A DNA stretch of 64,000 nt. Origin: the human T2T-CHM13v2.0 reference genome, Homo sapiens. Within the stretch, counting starts at the first letter, position 1. Each line of letters begins with the position of its first letter. The stretch lies in the NCBI RefSeq assembly GCF_009914755.1, contig NC_060925.1; one strand, given 5' to 3'. Below, piece by piece: positions 1 to 13,852 of the stretch. The notes under the pieces are model-generated. The model did no database searches. It was not told the origin of the DNA and was given only the letters and a program-made list of their open reading frames with translations. The position numbers and the translations under genes were made by a program.

Positions 1-69
1 TATTGGCCAAAGTCTCTCCAGAAAAACAGTTTTTCTTGTCGATTCTTTAACTGATCTGAGCCTGGCTTC

Positions 70-490
70 TTCATTTCATTGCACAATGGAAATGGTAGCA
101 CCTGCCTGCTAGGGTTGTTGCCAGGATTAAATGAGATGATATATTTGAATCTTCTTCGCTTCCACATACAATGGAAATGATAACACCTGCTTGCTAGGGT
201 TGTTGCGGGGATTAAATGAGATGATATATTTGAAACTTCTTCGCTTCCACATACAATGGAAGTGATAGCACCTGCCTGCTAGGGTTGTTGTGAGGATTAA
301 ATGAGATGATGTATTTGAATCTTCTTTGCTTCCGTATACAATGGAAATGATAGCACCTGCCTGCTAGGGTTGTTGTGAGGATTAAATGAGATGATATATT
401 TGAATCTTCTTCGCTTCCATATACAGTGGAAATGATAGCACCTGCCTGCTAGAGTTGTTGCAAGGATTAAATGAGATGATATATTTGAAT
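70..490 (+). repeat. 85-bp tandem repeat (~5 copies) derived from MIR core
   Basis: CAATGGAA/CAGTGGAA recurs at 84, 169, 254, 339 and 424 (period 85). The unit contains the MIR core 'agggttgttgtgaggattaaatgagat'. Confidence 0.9.
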
Positions 491-1870
491 GCTCCTAGCA
501 CCGTTCCTGACCTTGAGCTGGCACTGAATAAAGCCCATCACTCTTCGCCTTCCGCTGCCTCCCTTTGATTCCTGGCATTTCCTTTCCTCTCTTCCTCTTC
601 CTGTGAGTTATGAAACTGACAGGAGTCAACTACATCTTGCCCAAGCTGCTGGGTGGAGGATGGAGGGTGATGCCCTTCTCTCCCATGGCAGCTCCGGCTG
701 GCTCTTCTACAGGGGAACCAGCCATCTGGGTTTGCCTAGAACTGAGGGGCTTCCTGAATCATGGGATTTTCCTCAGAAAAGTCCCAGGCAAACCAGGAGG
801 CATTGTCACCCTACTTACTGGCCCTCTCCCTCATCATTTTAGAGGCCAGGAGCAGGCTCCATGTGTACTATTTCTGACCTCACCTTGCATGGGGCATGTA
901 GGTGGTGCCTTCCAAATCTGATGGTTCTAGCCTTGGCAAGGGACAGCAGTTCTTGGCTCTGCCAGCAAGCTTAGTGTTCCTATCCTACCCCCTACTCAGT
1001 CAGAGGCCTCCCGTCTTCACTTCTTTGGGAGTGGTTCAGAGCTGCAGGCAAGTGGCTCTGAAACTATCAAAGGCACCGGTGTTGACTCCTTCACACCATT
1101 GGTTACTGACACTCCCAATCATTTTCCAGCAGTCGCTGACACCACGGTGCCATGTGCAAGTCAGTTCCTATGCATAGCCCCAGGAACTCATCTTCAGTCT
1201 GGGTCTGCTGTGATAGAATCAATACTCTTCCAGTGTTCTCCCTGCCAGCTCCTGGCTGGTCCTGGAAAGCAGGTCTCTGAGAGGCAGCTGTCATTTCTGC
1301 TGCACCAGCATGAGGCTGGGCCTCTTGGGCCGGGCATGGGGCTCAGGCTGCTGCCCTGGACCATTCATATCAGGAAGCCAGGCCCCTAGCCCACTGGTCT
1401 GGCCTGTACCTGCTGGTGGTACAGCTCCTGGGGAAAGAGTCTATGTGAACAGGTACCTGGGCTCCCCTGGGCATGAATGACCTGTGGGTTTTGAGTCCTT
1501 TGATGCAGAAAGACTTGGTGTTTATTCCCAAGTCTGCCATATACTCACTGTGCAACCTCAGGGACATTCGCCATCCTCTCTGATCTTGCTCCCTTATTTA
1601 TGAAGTGGTCATACCTTGAAAACAAGACCAAAGGAAGAGCACCCAGCACAGTGCGAATGTGGTGCCAGGCAAGAATCTGGTAAGCGCTGCTCCTTTCTTT
1701 CCCTATTTCCTTTCCTGTGGGACTTTGGTTGTTTGTCTGTTTCTTATCTCACTGGTATTACCATATCTGCCAGCATCAAGTGTAGTTGGGATAATAATAA
1801 GCAAAGACAGTCATAATTTGAGTTTTTTTTCCAAGGCCTGGAACAAGTTAACCCAATTTGACATGGCCTT

Positions 1871-1872
<2 letters not shown>

Positions 1873-1912
<40 letters not shown>

Positions 1913-1950
1913 GTGTATCTATCTATCTATGCATCTATCTATCATCTATC
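1873..1950. repeat. (TCTA)n/(GATA)n microsatellite
   Basis: Direct reading of tatctatcta... with a few interruptions; abuts an Alu-monomer fragment. Confidence 0.95.
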
Positions 1951-2020
1951 TTAGAGATGAAGTCTTGCCATGCTGCCCAGGCTAGATTTGAACTCCTGGG
2001 CTCAATGGATTCTCCCCAGC
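1951..2020 (-). mobile_element. Alu monomer (FLAM/AluJ) fragment
   Basis: 'agagatgaagtcttgccatgctgcccaggctagatttgaactcctgggctcaa' matches the antisense Alu left monomer. Confidence 0.75.
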
Positions 2021-2514
2021 TCCAACACAGCCTTTTAAATGTGGATCAATCACATCCCAGCTTAATTAGAGCATTGGAGGTGGGGCCTAAGGGCTTTGGC
2101 TGACTCAGTCATGGAAGGGAAGAGACGCCTCTTTTCACACCCTCACCTCTTCCTTTTGCCTAAATGTGGGTGGCAGACTGGCCTCCAGGCAGGGCATGGC
2201 CTCAGGGTGCTGCCTCCAGTCCCCATTTTCTCCTGATGAGCTGGTATCCTGGGAGAAGCTTCCAAACGTTTCTGAGCTTCCGTTTGGTCATTTGTAATTT
2301 GTAATTTTGGGGGATATTGATGTCTACCTGCTACGAGTTTTGGTAGGCTTCAAGAAGCTAGCAAGCACTAATGTTCATTGCAAAAAACAAGGTGCTGAGT
2401 GCCCAGGAGTGTGAATGAGGTGACTATGTGATGGTTGGGGGAAGTGTTGGGTCTGTGGCCTGCTTTTCCTTAGAGTCATAGTGGTGGTGGCGAGGGGACA
2501 TAGGATGGGTGAGG

Positions 2515-2810
<296 letters not shown>

Positions 2811-2944
2811 TGGTTGGATGAGTTTTGATGGTAGAAGGTGGGGGCTAGGAAAAGGGCCTAAGGGGAGAGGGACTGCTGTAGACAAAAGGCCCACTGTCCA
2901 GTCATCTGGGCAGCTTGCTCTTGCTGCCTCGCCGTCCTCGCCCT

Positions 2945-3130
2945 GCCTGATGGCATTGATTTACTGGAAAGTTTTTAATGGGTTATAATTGGAAAAGGCC
3001 TGGGTGAAATTTGCATATTGATTTGACATTTAAGTATATGATTAAATAAAAGCTGACTGAGGTCATCACTTGACTAAATTGGCTTAATGAGTGTTGATTA
3101 CCCTGTGCATGTTAATTTCATTTACCCTGA
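2945..3130. promoter_or_regulatory. Candidate enhancer (repeat-free, homeodomain/POU motif cluster)
   Basis: TGATTTAC at 2957-2964, octamer ATTTGCAT at 3009-3016, and several TAAT/TGATTA motifs. Function is inferred only. Confidence 0.4.
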
Positions 3131-3559
3131 TTACTCCATCTATCTTTCTCAGGGATCTATTAGCACCTTTGACTCAATTGTACTCGATGGAACAAGAAGC
3201 AAGGCAGGGGTCAGTGGGGGGTGGCCCTGGTCCATCTGCCTGTCCATCTGGCTGTCTGCTGAACCCCAGAGGTTCTGACCCCCTATAGCATTTTATTTTT
3301 CTCTCTCTCTGGCTCCCACCCTAACTTCCTAATCACAGAATCTGATCACCACCTCTTTCTAAACAGGAGTGCCTCCACTTTAGAAATCAGGTGCTGGGGA
3401 GGGCAGGGAGAGGGGACAGGTTATGATACTGAAGAGAAGATGAGAAGCCTCTCCTCTCCCTGTCACTCCACCCTTCCCTCCTGACACACACAAAAACATA
3501 CCTTCCTCCTTTGAGCCTTTGGGGCCCCAAGGACTGGTCTGTTCCCTCTTGCACAGGAA

Positions 3560-4080
3560 GGACAGTGGCTCTGAAGGCAGGGATCCCTAGAGCTGGGTTT
3601 GATTGGTGCCTTCTGTTTGCCCCTCTGGACCCATTCTCTGCCCCCACCAACTCTGCTCTGGTCCGTCCACCCTGCTGACCTGTCTGGCCCTGACAATGAG
3701 CTCCTTTGCCCTCTGGTTTTCTGTGGGGTTCAGCCAATAGGGAGCCTAGCAGGAGATTGGAGGGAGGGAGGAAATGGGGGTTGGGGTAGTTATTTCCCGG
3801 CTCCTCCCTGCTGGCTGACTAAAGGTCTCAGTCTCCATGGCCAGCCTTCTCCACGAGGCTCTCTCTGGGTTCCATGGCCATCTGTCCCCTTGCTCCTTCA
3901 GCCCCAGGGTGGCAGCAGAGTCATGATCCCCTTTCCCCATACAAGCCTGAGGGAGCTGCAGTAACCCATGGCTCCCCTACACGCTGCCCACACCTTTGTA
4001 AATAGACCCTTCATAAACTCTCCTTCAATTACCCAATTTGAGTGTGCCATCTGTTTCCTGCTGAGACCCTAACTGATACA
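3560..4080 (+). mobile_element. Old ERVL-class solo LTR (subfamily uncertain)
   Basis: The 3' end 'cacctttgtaaatagacccttcataaactctcc...aattacccaatttgagtgtgccatctgtttcctgctgagaccctaactgataca' is typical of ERVL LTR termini. The 5' boundary is approximate. Confidence 0.55.
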
Positions 4081-4999
4081 GCAGGCAACAGATTTTCCCA
4101 TTCAAAAATCGGGACAAACATCCCGACAAGTCCAAGCATGGTTGTAGGACAGAGGACCAAGCCTAGATCAATCCAGCAATACCTCCTTTACCCTGTACCC
4201 TGGGTCCCTGGGCACTGGTGGAGGATTCACTTACTCAGGACCTCCACCATCAGAGCCCTTCTGCCTCCTCCCGGCAGCCCATTCTTCTCACTGGCTGCAC
4301 CAACCACCTTGACCTTCCCGAACCCCCTGGTCCCTGCTTTTCCGCTGACTCTCAGAAGACACACCCCCCTCCAGCTTCCTTAGAAAAAGAGGCTGTTAGT
4401 TGGGAATGTGCCTTAATGCTGTGCTCTTTCTCACCCAGACACAGTTCATCTCTTTGTTCTCATATTTTTTGTTTCCTTCTGTCCGAGACAAGTATCCCCA
4501 CCTTTGCCTTGTATCCCTTCCCATCCGTTTCTCCACAGACTTCCCTGAGGTGCCACAAGTTCTTTCCTCTCTATTGTTTCTTTCCCTTAGTCCAAAAATG
4601 CATCAAAGTTTCTCCCTCATCCTCTCCATCCTCTTCTCCTTCACAGGCAAACTGCACTCATTTTCATGGCATCTTCTGCCCTTCTGTTCCCACCCTCCAT
4701 GGTGAGCTGCTCCTGGCGCCTCACCAGTGACCTCCATGGTAACTTCTCAGACCCAGTCCCCTGGGCTGAGGGTTGCCAAAAGCAAAACCCCTCTCTCCTT
4801 TCCCATGTCGGCCTGAAGATTATGTTCCCAAATTGCCCAGCTTGGAAGCTGGGAAGTGATGAGATGTGATGTTCTGACACACCTGCATGAGTCAAATCAA
4901 GGGCCCATCGGGATACGTCTGAGCCTGGGGCCCACCTTCATCCCACTAGGCTCCTGGACATGATGCCATCAGCTCTGCCCTGTTATCTAGACTTCTTCC

Positions 5000-5960
5000 C
5001 CTTCCCATTCACTCTCTCCAATGTCTAACAGGCCACACGTTCAACTGAATCTGTCCCTTCCTTTCCATTCCAGACAACACACCCCAGTCCCGGCCTCATC
5101 ATCTCTTACTTGGGTTGTTACTGCAGACCCTTGGCAGTTCTCTCCAAACCATCCTGCGTTCACAGCAACCAGAAAGACGGCTCTGAAGTGCAAATCTAAT
5201 CCTGCTATGACCCCTCTGCTTGAAACTCTTGGTGGCTCCTCATCTCCTTCCAGTGCAAGGCCAACCATTTTTTGCATGGCATACACTGTGGGAAACCACA
5301 CTGGGTCCAGGGAGCTGCTATTTATCCTTTAAGGTCCATTCATTGGTCTTCTTCTTGGTGAAGCTGTCCTGACCCCATCCCAGTAGAGCCTGCTCCCTCC
5401 TCTGAGCCCTGCATCACCTCATTCTTTTCTCTGCCAGAGCATGCATGATGGGGTGCCATAATGATCGGTGTCTTTGTCAGCTTCACCCACTGTCTGGGAG
5501 CTCAAGACCATGTCTAATGTGTCCCTGTAGCCCTGACAAAGCCTGGCAGAGAGAGTAATTCATTCATTTAACAAATATTTATTTGGGCTTCCTATATGCA
5601 AACTGTTGTTTAAGGATAAGGTACTGGGGTACTGCAGTAAACAAAAGCAGACAAAAATCCCTGCCCGCATGAGCTTACATTCTAGTGGAGGGAGAGACAG
5701 AACAAACAAGATGATTTTAAAGAGATGAAAGTGCCATGAAGAAAACATTGCAGGGCGATGCATTGGAAACTGGATAGGAGCAGAGTGGTGGCTAATTTAA
5801 GCTGAGTGGTCAGAGAGTGCATTACTGGAGAGGCAGTGGTTGAATCAGACAGGGAGCCAGCTCTAGAGGTCCAAAGGCCCTGAGGCAGAGGTGAACTAGG
5901 AACAGAGAAAAGATCAGCATACCTGCAGCAGTGGCTTGGTGAAGGAGGGCAGCAGGGGAG
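5000..5960. mobile_element. L2 fragments (both orientations)
   Basis: Includes 'cattcatttaacaaatatttatttgggcttcctatatgc' and 'acagacaaaaatccctgcccgcatgagcttacattctagtggagggagagacag', which are L2 3'-end motifs. Confidence 0.7.
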
Positions 5961-6271
5961 TGGTCTACTTCGGAGGTAGATGTATTTTATCACTGACATT
6001 TTTAGATTGGTCTCTGTGCATGATAATAATAACATGCAGATTAATTCTTTGTTGGTTTTGTTACCATGGTAAGAAAATTGGCACCTTGGGGAGTGAGTCT
6101 CCAACCACTTAGTGTGCAGGTGAGTGTGTGGAAGATTCTCTGCAAGATCTGAGAGTGTTCAGCTAGAGGTCTGGCAGGAGGACCTAGCCACATTCCCACT
6201 TTGTGTCCTTGGACAAGTTGCTTGACTCCTCTGGGCTTTATCACCCAACCTCCTGCTTCTTGCATGGATAA

Positions 6272-6557
<286 letters not shown>

Positions 6558-7043
6558 GGCTTTTCAGGCCAGTGCACAGAACTCCCTGCATGCCTCTCTG
6601 TCTCTAGACTGGTTCCTGGGGAAATTCTGATGGGTATACCCATTCCACAGACCTCTTCTCCACCCACCAGTCCACCTGGATCTTTCTCTGTATATGTTAG
6701 GTGGAAGGGTAGAACCCCTAGGCTAAGGGCAGTGGATCCTGGGGCTTCCATTGTTTGTCCGGTGGAATCCTAGGCTAGGTAAGAGGGAGGTTATTTAGCC
6801 TAAATTTCAAGGCTCTAAGAGGGGATGTGGCTTTCTCTCGATCATAGCAAATCAGCAGAAAGAGCAGAACTTAAACTCTGCTCTTTTGATTGAAGTCTAT
6901 TGCTTCTGTCATCTCCCCCAAGGTGATTAGTGGACCTGGGTTGAAGTCTTCTCTGGAGGATGTGCCCAGCCTCCCAGCCTCTGTTTGTCCATCAGTAATG
7001 GAGGGGAAGTCATGCTTGCCTGCCTTCCTTGGGGGTTGGCTGG

Positions 7044-7093
7044 TGTGTTAGTTTCCTAGGATTGCTGTAACAAATGACCACAAACCAGGTGGC

Positions 7094-7133
<40 letters not shown>

Positions 7134-7542
7134 ACTCTTATTCTCTCACAGTTCTGGAGGCTGGAAGTCTGCAATCAGTGTCATCAAGGTCATGCTCCCT
7201 TGGAGGGATCTAGGGAAGAATCTGTCCTTGCTTCTTCCTGGCTTCTGGTCACTCCCAGCAGCCCTTGTCATTCCTTGGCTTGTAGCTGCATTACTCGAGT
7301 GTCTGCCTCTGTCTTCTCCTAGCCTTCTTCCCTGTGAGTGAGTGCCTCTTTCTCTCTCTCAATCTTCCTTTCCTTATAAGGATACAGTCTTTGGATTTAG
7401 GGTCCACCCTAATCTAGTATGACTTAATCTTAACTTGATTACATCTGTAAACACCCTATTTCCAAATACAGCCACATTCACAGGTGCTGGGAGTTAGGAC
7501 TTCAGTATCTCTTTTTGGGGAACATCCATTCACCCAACTACA
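7044..7542 (-). mobile_element. MLT1 (MLT1B/C-like) MaLR solo LTR containing (CA)n at ~7096-7135
   Basis: 'tgtgttagtttcctaggattgctgtaacaaatgaccacaaac...cacagttctggaggctggaagtc...ccctatttccaaatacagccacattcacagg'. Confidence 0.85.
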
Positions 7543-8190
7543 GTTGATGTGAGAAGGGACAACAACAGGAAAAGGCTTAGAACTGAAGACTGGGAGGCAA
7601 GACCAGGGCCAGCCTGAGGCAGGAGCCAGGCAAAATTTGGCTTCTTTTGTGAGGTCCTGTCCTGGGGGTGAGGGGACTAGGGCTTCTAGCTCAACCCCAC
7701 ACAGTTCAGCAATGGGTAGGATGACTCAGAGATGGGGCTGCCAAGCTTGAGGGTGTCCTAGAAATGCAATCCTGTGCTCCTGGCATATTTTCCTCACCTT
7801 ACGGGGCTGAGAAATACAACATTTTTGGGAACTTGAAAAGCTTGGGTTAAAAAAGAATAACCCAAACCATTTATTTTTCTTTATAGGGAAAAGTAGAAAG
7901 TTTGGGAAATTTTGAAACATATGCAATACTTATTTTTGTAGCACCCTTTTCATATCTAAAGTCACTCTCTTAATTTAGGAGTGCAAATGCAACCTTATGT
8001 AATTTGGTTTGCTCAATAAAATTATCATGTTTGGCAAATTCAATAAAAAATTATAGCTTGCTCAGACAATAATGATAAATTTGCTAATTGAATGAAGTTT
8101 TCAATGTTTTAGGCTTTGTAATAAATGGAACTCTGTGCAGCTGCACTTTAAGCATGAGCTCCACTGAGATGAGCAGAAAACAATATCAGT

Positions 8191-8497
<307 letters not shown>

Positions 8498-8599
8498 CAA
8501 TATCAGTGAACCAGGAAGAATGATGAACGCATAAGCACACACATGCGTGTATGTTGTACACAATAAAGTGACATATTTAATATTAGCAATACTACTAAA

Positions 8600-8800
8600 C
8601 AACACATCTATGACTTATTAGGTGCCTGCTATATTCCCTTTTCACTTAATCCTTAAAATATCCTCATTTCACAGTGAGGAAACTGAGGATCAGAGCGGTT
8701 AAGCCACTTGCGCAAGGTTCTACAACCAGTAACTGGCTGTTCTCAGATGCATGAAGAGTTGAACCTCAGTTCACTTATTAATAAAGATCGACTCCTGTCA
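8600..8800 (-). mobile_element. MIR
   Basis: 'ctcatttcacagtgaggaaactgaggatcagagcggttaagccacttgcgcaagg'. Confidence 0.75.
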
Positions 8801-11800
8801 TCAGCACTGTCCAGGCCACAGAAGTTTCTGTTCCTTAGATTTAGTGTTGTTTACTGTGTGAGGCAACTGTGGTTTCCTTCAGCATTAAGAAGTAAGCTGA
8901 GAACATGAGGGTACCTAGGGACCCTACAGGAACTAGCGTAGGGACAAGGCAGGGGTCTTGGGCCCTGGGAAGCAGTGTGAGGATGCAAGACAAGGGAAGC
9001 CAGGCCTCAGGTAGTAGGTAGGGCCCTGGGACCATGGGGAGGGCGGCTGGAAGGGAGTGACACAGAGGAGGTACTGAATCCCTGGGCCAGGGGCTGCCTG
9101 TGTTAGTCTATAAAAGGCCAAGGATGACGCAGGATGTGTGCCAGGGGTGAGCCAGGCAGGATCTATTCTCGAAAACCTACTCTAAGCTTAAGAGATGACT
9201 TGGCTCTCCAAGGGGCTAGAGCCAAGCTCTAGGTGAAGGAGAAAGCCAGCTCCAGGGGGAAGCCAGACACAAGGGGTGGAAGGGAGCCAAGATCAAACAG
9301 ACCAACATCCCTGAACACACCTTTGTCCCTGGATGTGTCCAAATAGGCCTCAATTCTGGGCTCTCACTGTCCTCAATCCCTGCATCTGTACCGTTATTAT
9401 TTCATTTTGTAGCATCTCTGGTGGCTTTGAGGAGGGAGGGTCCCCAGCATCTCTGCCTCTTCCTTACCTAGGCTTTCCTGCCTTGTCGCCTGGCAGCGTC
9501 AGCAGAACTGACTTTCTCACCACTGGGACCTGCCTGGCAGGTTGGGGGACATGACTCTGCTTTCATTTCCCCCTCCATTGCCCTGTTCTCTGACCCCGGG
9601 TGGCCTTTCCTTCGTGAGGAGGTAGCTGGTTTCCTGGGTGACGACAGGAGTGGGGAGTGTGGGAGAGGGAGGGAGGCTGGCATTCCTGCTGCTGAGGGCT
9701 TAGAGGAAGCATATGCCATCCCGGCTGCCCTGTGAATTATTCAGCGGCCGTGAGAACTGACTTGCTCCCCAGTCTGCTGTCTCCTCCCAAAAACTTCCTG
9801 CTGCCTCCTCCTTGGCAAACCCACCTCTGCCTCAGTCTTGGGGGCTTAAATTGCTGTCTGAGGCCTCTGTCCTCAGGATGCTCATTTCTGGGTATCTTTG
9901 AATCTCTCCCCACTTCCTGTTTCTCCCCCTCACCTTTGAGCCACTATGATAGATGATTTCTTCTCTACCAACTACTGTGCTAAGTGCACAGATGTGGAAA
10001 CTGATAGTGGCCAGGTGCAATAACCTGCTCAAGATAATACAACTACGAAGTGGCGGAGACAGAACTTAAACTCGGGTCTGACTCCAGCCTGTGTTCTTGG
10101 GTCTTGAAATGGCCCTTGGATTGATGGAGAAGATACTTTCTAGAATCTGCCCCCAGGCTGCCTTGAGAGCTGGCGAGGGGGTGTTGGATGGGGTAGGTTA
10201 GGCCAGCTCAGGGTTCGTCCATGCTGGCTGTGGACTGTCCTACTTGCCCATGCATCTGCCTGGGTACCTGGCCCTTGGGCTCCCAGAGCATAGCGCAGCC
10301 AATGAAGCAGCCTCCTGCCTCCAGCCTGCTGCAGGTCTGGCCAGAGCACAGGCTGCTTAGAGGTCTCCTGGTGTAGCCCCCTCATCTTTTGGAGGAACAC
10401 AGGCAGGTCAGGGCTGGCCTAAGTGCCTCACTAGGGGCCTTCAAGTCCCTCCCCTGCACTCTGGTCATTCTGGGGAGAGTAACACTGCTGTGGGTGGGGC
10501 TTCAGCACTTGGAAAGGCTGCCAAGAAAGGAACCGAAACGCTTAGTGGAACCACAGGCAAGACATGCACCTCGCACTGAGTGTGGGGAAAGGGTCGAAGG
10601 TGCAGTGACTGGAGATGGCAGCAGTGGTGGTGGCCGAGGGATAAGCCTCTGGGAGGGATCTGGGAACCTGGCAGAAGTGCTTCAGCCATCCAGGTGTGGA
10701 CCCTCATGGTCTGGCTCTCTGTGATGGGTGCAAGGGCTGTGATTCCCCCAGGCCGGGACTCTGAGGTACATGCAGACCAGCTATGCTTAGAGGCTGGGAA
10801 GAGGCTGCCTTTCCCTTGGCTCACTCCATTTGACCCAAACACACATTGACAATTTTGGTCTAGTTCGTGGGGCCTCCTGTAACCAGGGACACCTCCGTGG
10901 GAGGTTTCGTGCTGGGATGCCAGGTGGGACAAGGCCCCTGCTCCAAGATACTTCCACGGTTGGTACCTAGACTCTTCTCCTCCTCCTCTGGGTTCCTCTG
11001 CTGCCTGTCAACCACTCAAAGCTGCCAACCATTGTGCTTCCCACCCAGTTCAGGGATCAAGTCAAGAGAGTCATCTTCACTGAAATTCAAAAATGAGCCA
11101 CTACATGAGTGACTCAAGTTCAGGTTGGATAGTAGTGTCCACCCAGGAAGCCAGGTGCCCCCAAAACTTTGCACTTTGGTGGCTTTGGTTGTGGCTGGGA
11201 TTAGATCTACTATTGGATGTGGACAGCATGGGAGGTTGGGTGCCTTGAGCGAGGGCCTCACTGGGTCAGGTGTGTTATCCACTCTCTTTCACCTGATGGC
11301 TAAGGGGCCTCCCTGTCTATCCACACCAAGCCTGGGAACACACTTTGACTGATCGAAGTCAGTAGGAACTTAGTTTCCTCCAACTCCTGCCTCCCCCTGG
11401 CCTGGCTTAGGCCATTTTCCTGCCCCTTCCAGGAGTCCTCCCTGTACCTCTCCTCCCTCTGGCTCCTCAGAATCCTCCTGGAGATGCAGTTCCCCTATGC
11501 TGGGCCTGGGCTCTGGGATCTCACCATTTCCCTTTTCCCTGCTGCTCAGCCAGGGCCCCTACTCTGGCCCCTGGGCCCAGGAGAAGGAAGGCTCTTTAGG
11601 TTCCAGATGGCTTCTTTGCCTCTGATCCCTCGTAGTCACTGGAAACTCTTTGGCCGCCAAGAACCCTCCACAACCAACCATGAAGCATCATCCCTGATGA
11701 CTACCTCATGCTCCCCTCCAGCCCGGGATCAGTGCCTTTCCCTTTTCCTCTGTCTTTTCATGCCCACCTCCCCCATTAGAAGCTGTTCTAGTCTTTCAGG

Positions 11801-13065
11801 TCATCATGCATACAATCTGGATAGCTGCCATTATGTGAACTGTAGTGTCTGGGCTAGAGTCACCTTGAACAAAGAGCCTCTCCATGGTTGTGGATAATTG
11901 TGGACCTTTAATGTTTTCTCAAATACATGCATTGCAAAAACAGAAGACAGAAACCAAAATATATGTATGCAATACATATTACATATATAACCTATAGACA
12001 TATAGAATGCGTGTGTAGTAGAATTTATTAAATAACAAAGTATAATGAGCTAATCTAATTAATGACTACATATAAAAAGTGATAGCTAATTTAGAGCAAG
12101 ATGTAGAAATAGCCCAACATTTAGGTAAATCGGGCATCCTCATTAGCCCTTAACTGCTAATAATTAAGCTTAATTTTACATTGACTGTTAACTTCTCTCA
12201 TTCTCAGAGCAATTTAATTTTGGCTTCTTGGAGGCTTCTGTGAGCCCCCTGAGACCTCTGGTCAGCTGGATGAGGTGTTAAACCCTGATACTTTTCCTTT
12301 CTGCGGCTTTAACTGCCACAGGGAAAGAACCTTATCTGTGATTGCTTTCTGCAAATCCCCTGGTCCCCTTTGTCTGTGCTTGCAGCCCCTACATCTTCTC
12401 CTTTTCACAGAGAAACTCAATAGAGAGAGAGATCATGCTACGTGTATGCATATTTTCCTAGGGCTGTCTTTTTTTCCAATTAAGAAAAGCATTTTCTCAC
12501 CCTGACCCCTTCTTCTGGCCAAACTCTGCCACCTTTGGAGCTATATCTTGTCTAAAATCTGTTTGCTTCTAATTCTTGAGGTCATCCATTGACCTCATGT
12601 CTCTGTAATACTTTGGCTTATGTGACCTCTTCTCTGTGGAACATTGCTCTCTGTTACCAGGGTTTAGAGTCAGGGCAATGCCAAATTATGTCAGACTTAA
12701 GCTTTTTAAAATATAATGAGAACTGTGTAATGACATTTAAAAAGGAAAACGTATGGTTTCCTCATAGGGAGCTGTGACGTGGGGAATCTCTGATCTGGTA
12801 AGGGATGGACTCTCATTGAGGGGGTCTTGGGACTATCAAGTACACAGGCCACAGGCTCCCGCTCCTTTCTGCCCCAGGGGAGAAACAGAGGAGCTGCTCT
12901 TGTTGCTGTTTGCAACCTTTAAGACCCAGGTCAGGAGGGAAGCAGGGTAGGAGCTAGGAGCAAGAGAGGAGAGAGGGAGGGACAGAGGCTCAAAGCTCAG
13001 TTCAATTCAATTCGACTGAGTCCAAGTGCCAGGCTTGGTACAAAGTGCTAGAAATTCAGAGGATG

Positions 13066-13176
13066 ACCAGCTATGTCATTTGTGGGTACAATGCAAAATG
13101 AAAATATGCGGCCCCTTGTTCAAAATTTATTAAACATTTCAAGATGATGACAACAGAGCATTAAATCAAATGCAGG
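13066..13176 (-). mobile_element. MER91A-like hAT MITE fragment
   Basis: 'tgcaaaatgaaaatatgcggccccttgttcaaaatttattaaacatttcaagatgatgacaacagagcattaaa' matches the recalled antisense MER91A consensus. Confidence 0.7.
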
Positions 13177-13244
13177 TGAGAGAGGGGTAGACACATCCTA
13201 AGGTGCCCTGGGGTTCCGAGGAATACAGCGTGAAAAACACTGAA

Positions 13245-13508
13245 CGTAAAGCCTGAGACAAGGACCTGGGTCCAGGTGATTTACCTGACCCCAGGAAGCA
13301 GGAATGAGGGAGCAGGGAGGTGAGACAGGGAGGAGGAGAAGCCAATGTACGAGTAAGCTGTTGGGGTTGTTTCTGGGCATTATGGGATTATGATCCCACC
13401 AAATCTCCTGGGAATGCCCCAGAATCTCTGCCCGAAACACTGAGAGCTGAGGCATTTCTCCATCAACTCCCAACCCCATTGGTTGAAGGATGCCCCTGGG
13501 GGTGCTAG
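13245..13508 (-). mobile_element. LTR16-family (ERVL) LTR fragment
   Basis: 'agcctgagacaaggacctgggtccaggtgattta...ccccaggaagcagg...gtgagacagggaggaggagaagccaat'. Confidence 0.65.
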
Positions 13509-13523
13509 CTTTCTTGCATTTCT

Positions 13524-13852
<329 letters not shown>

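Noticed and set aside
70-490. 85-bp repeats as a CRISPR-like or RNA-gene array
   Set aside because: Head-to-tail copies of MIR sequence with no variable spacers.
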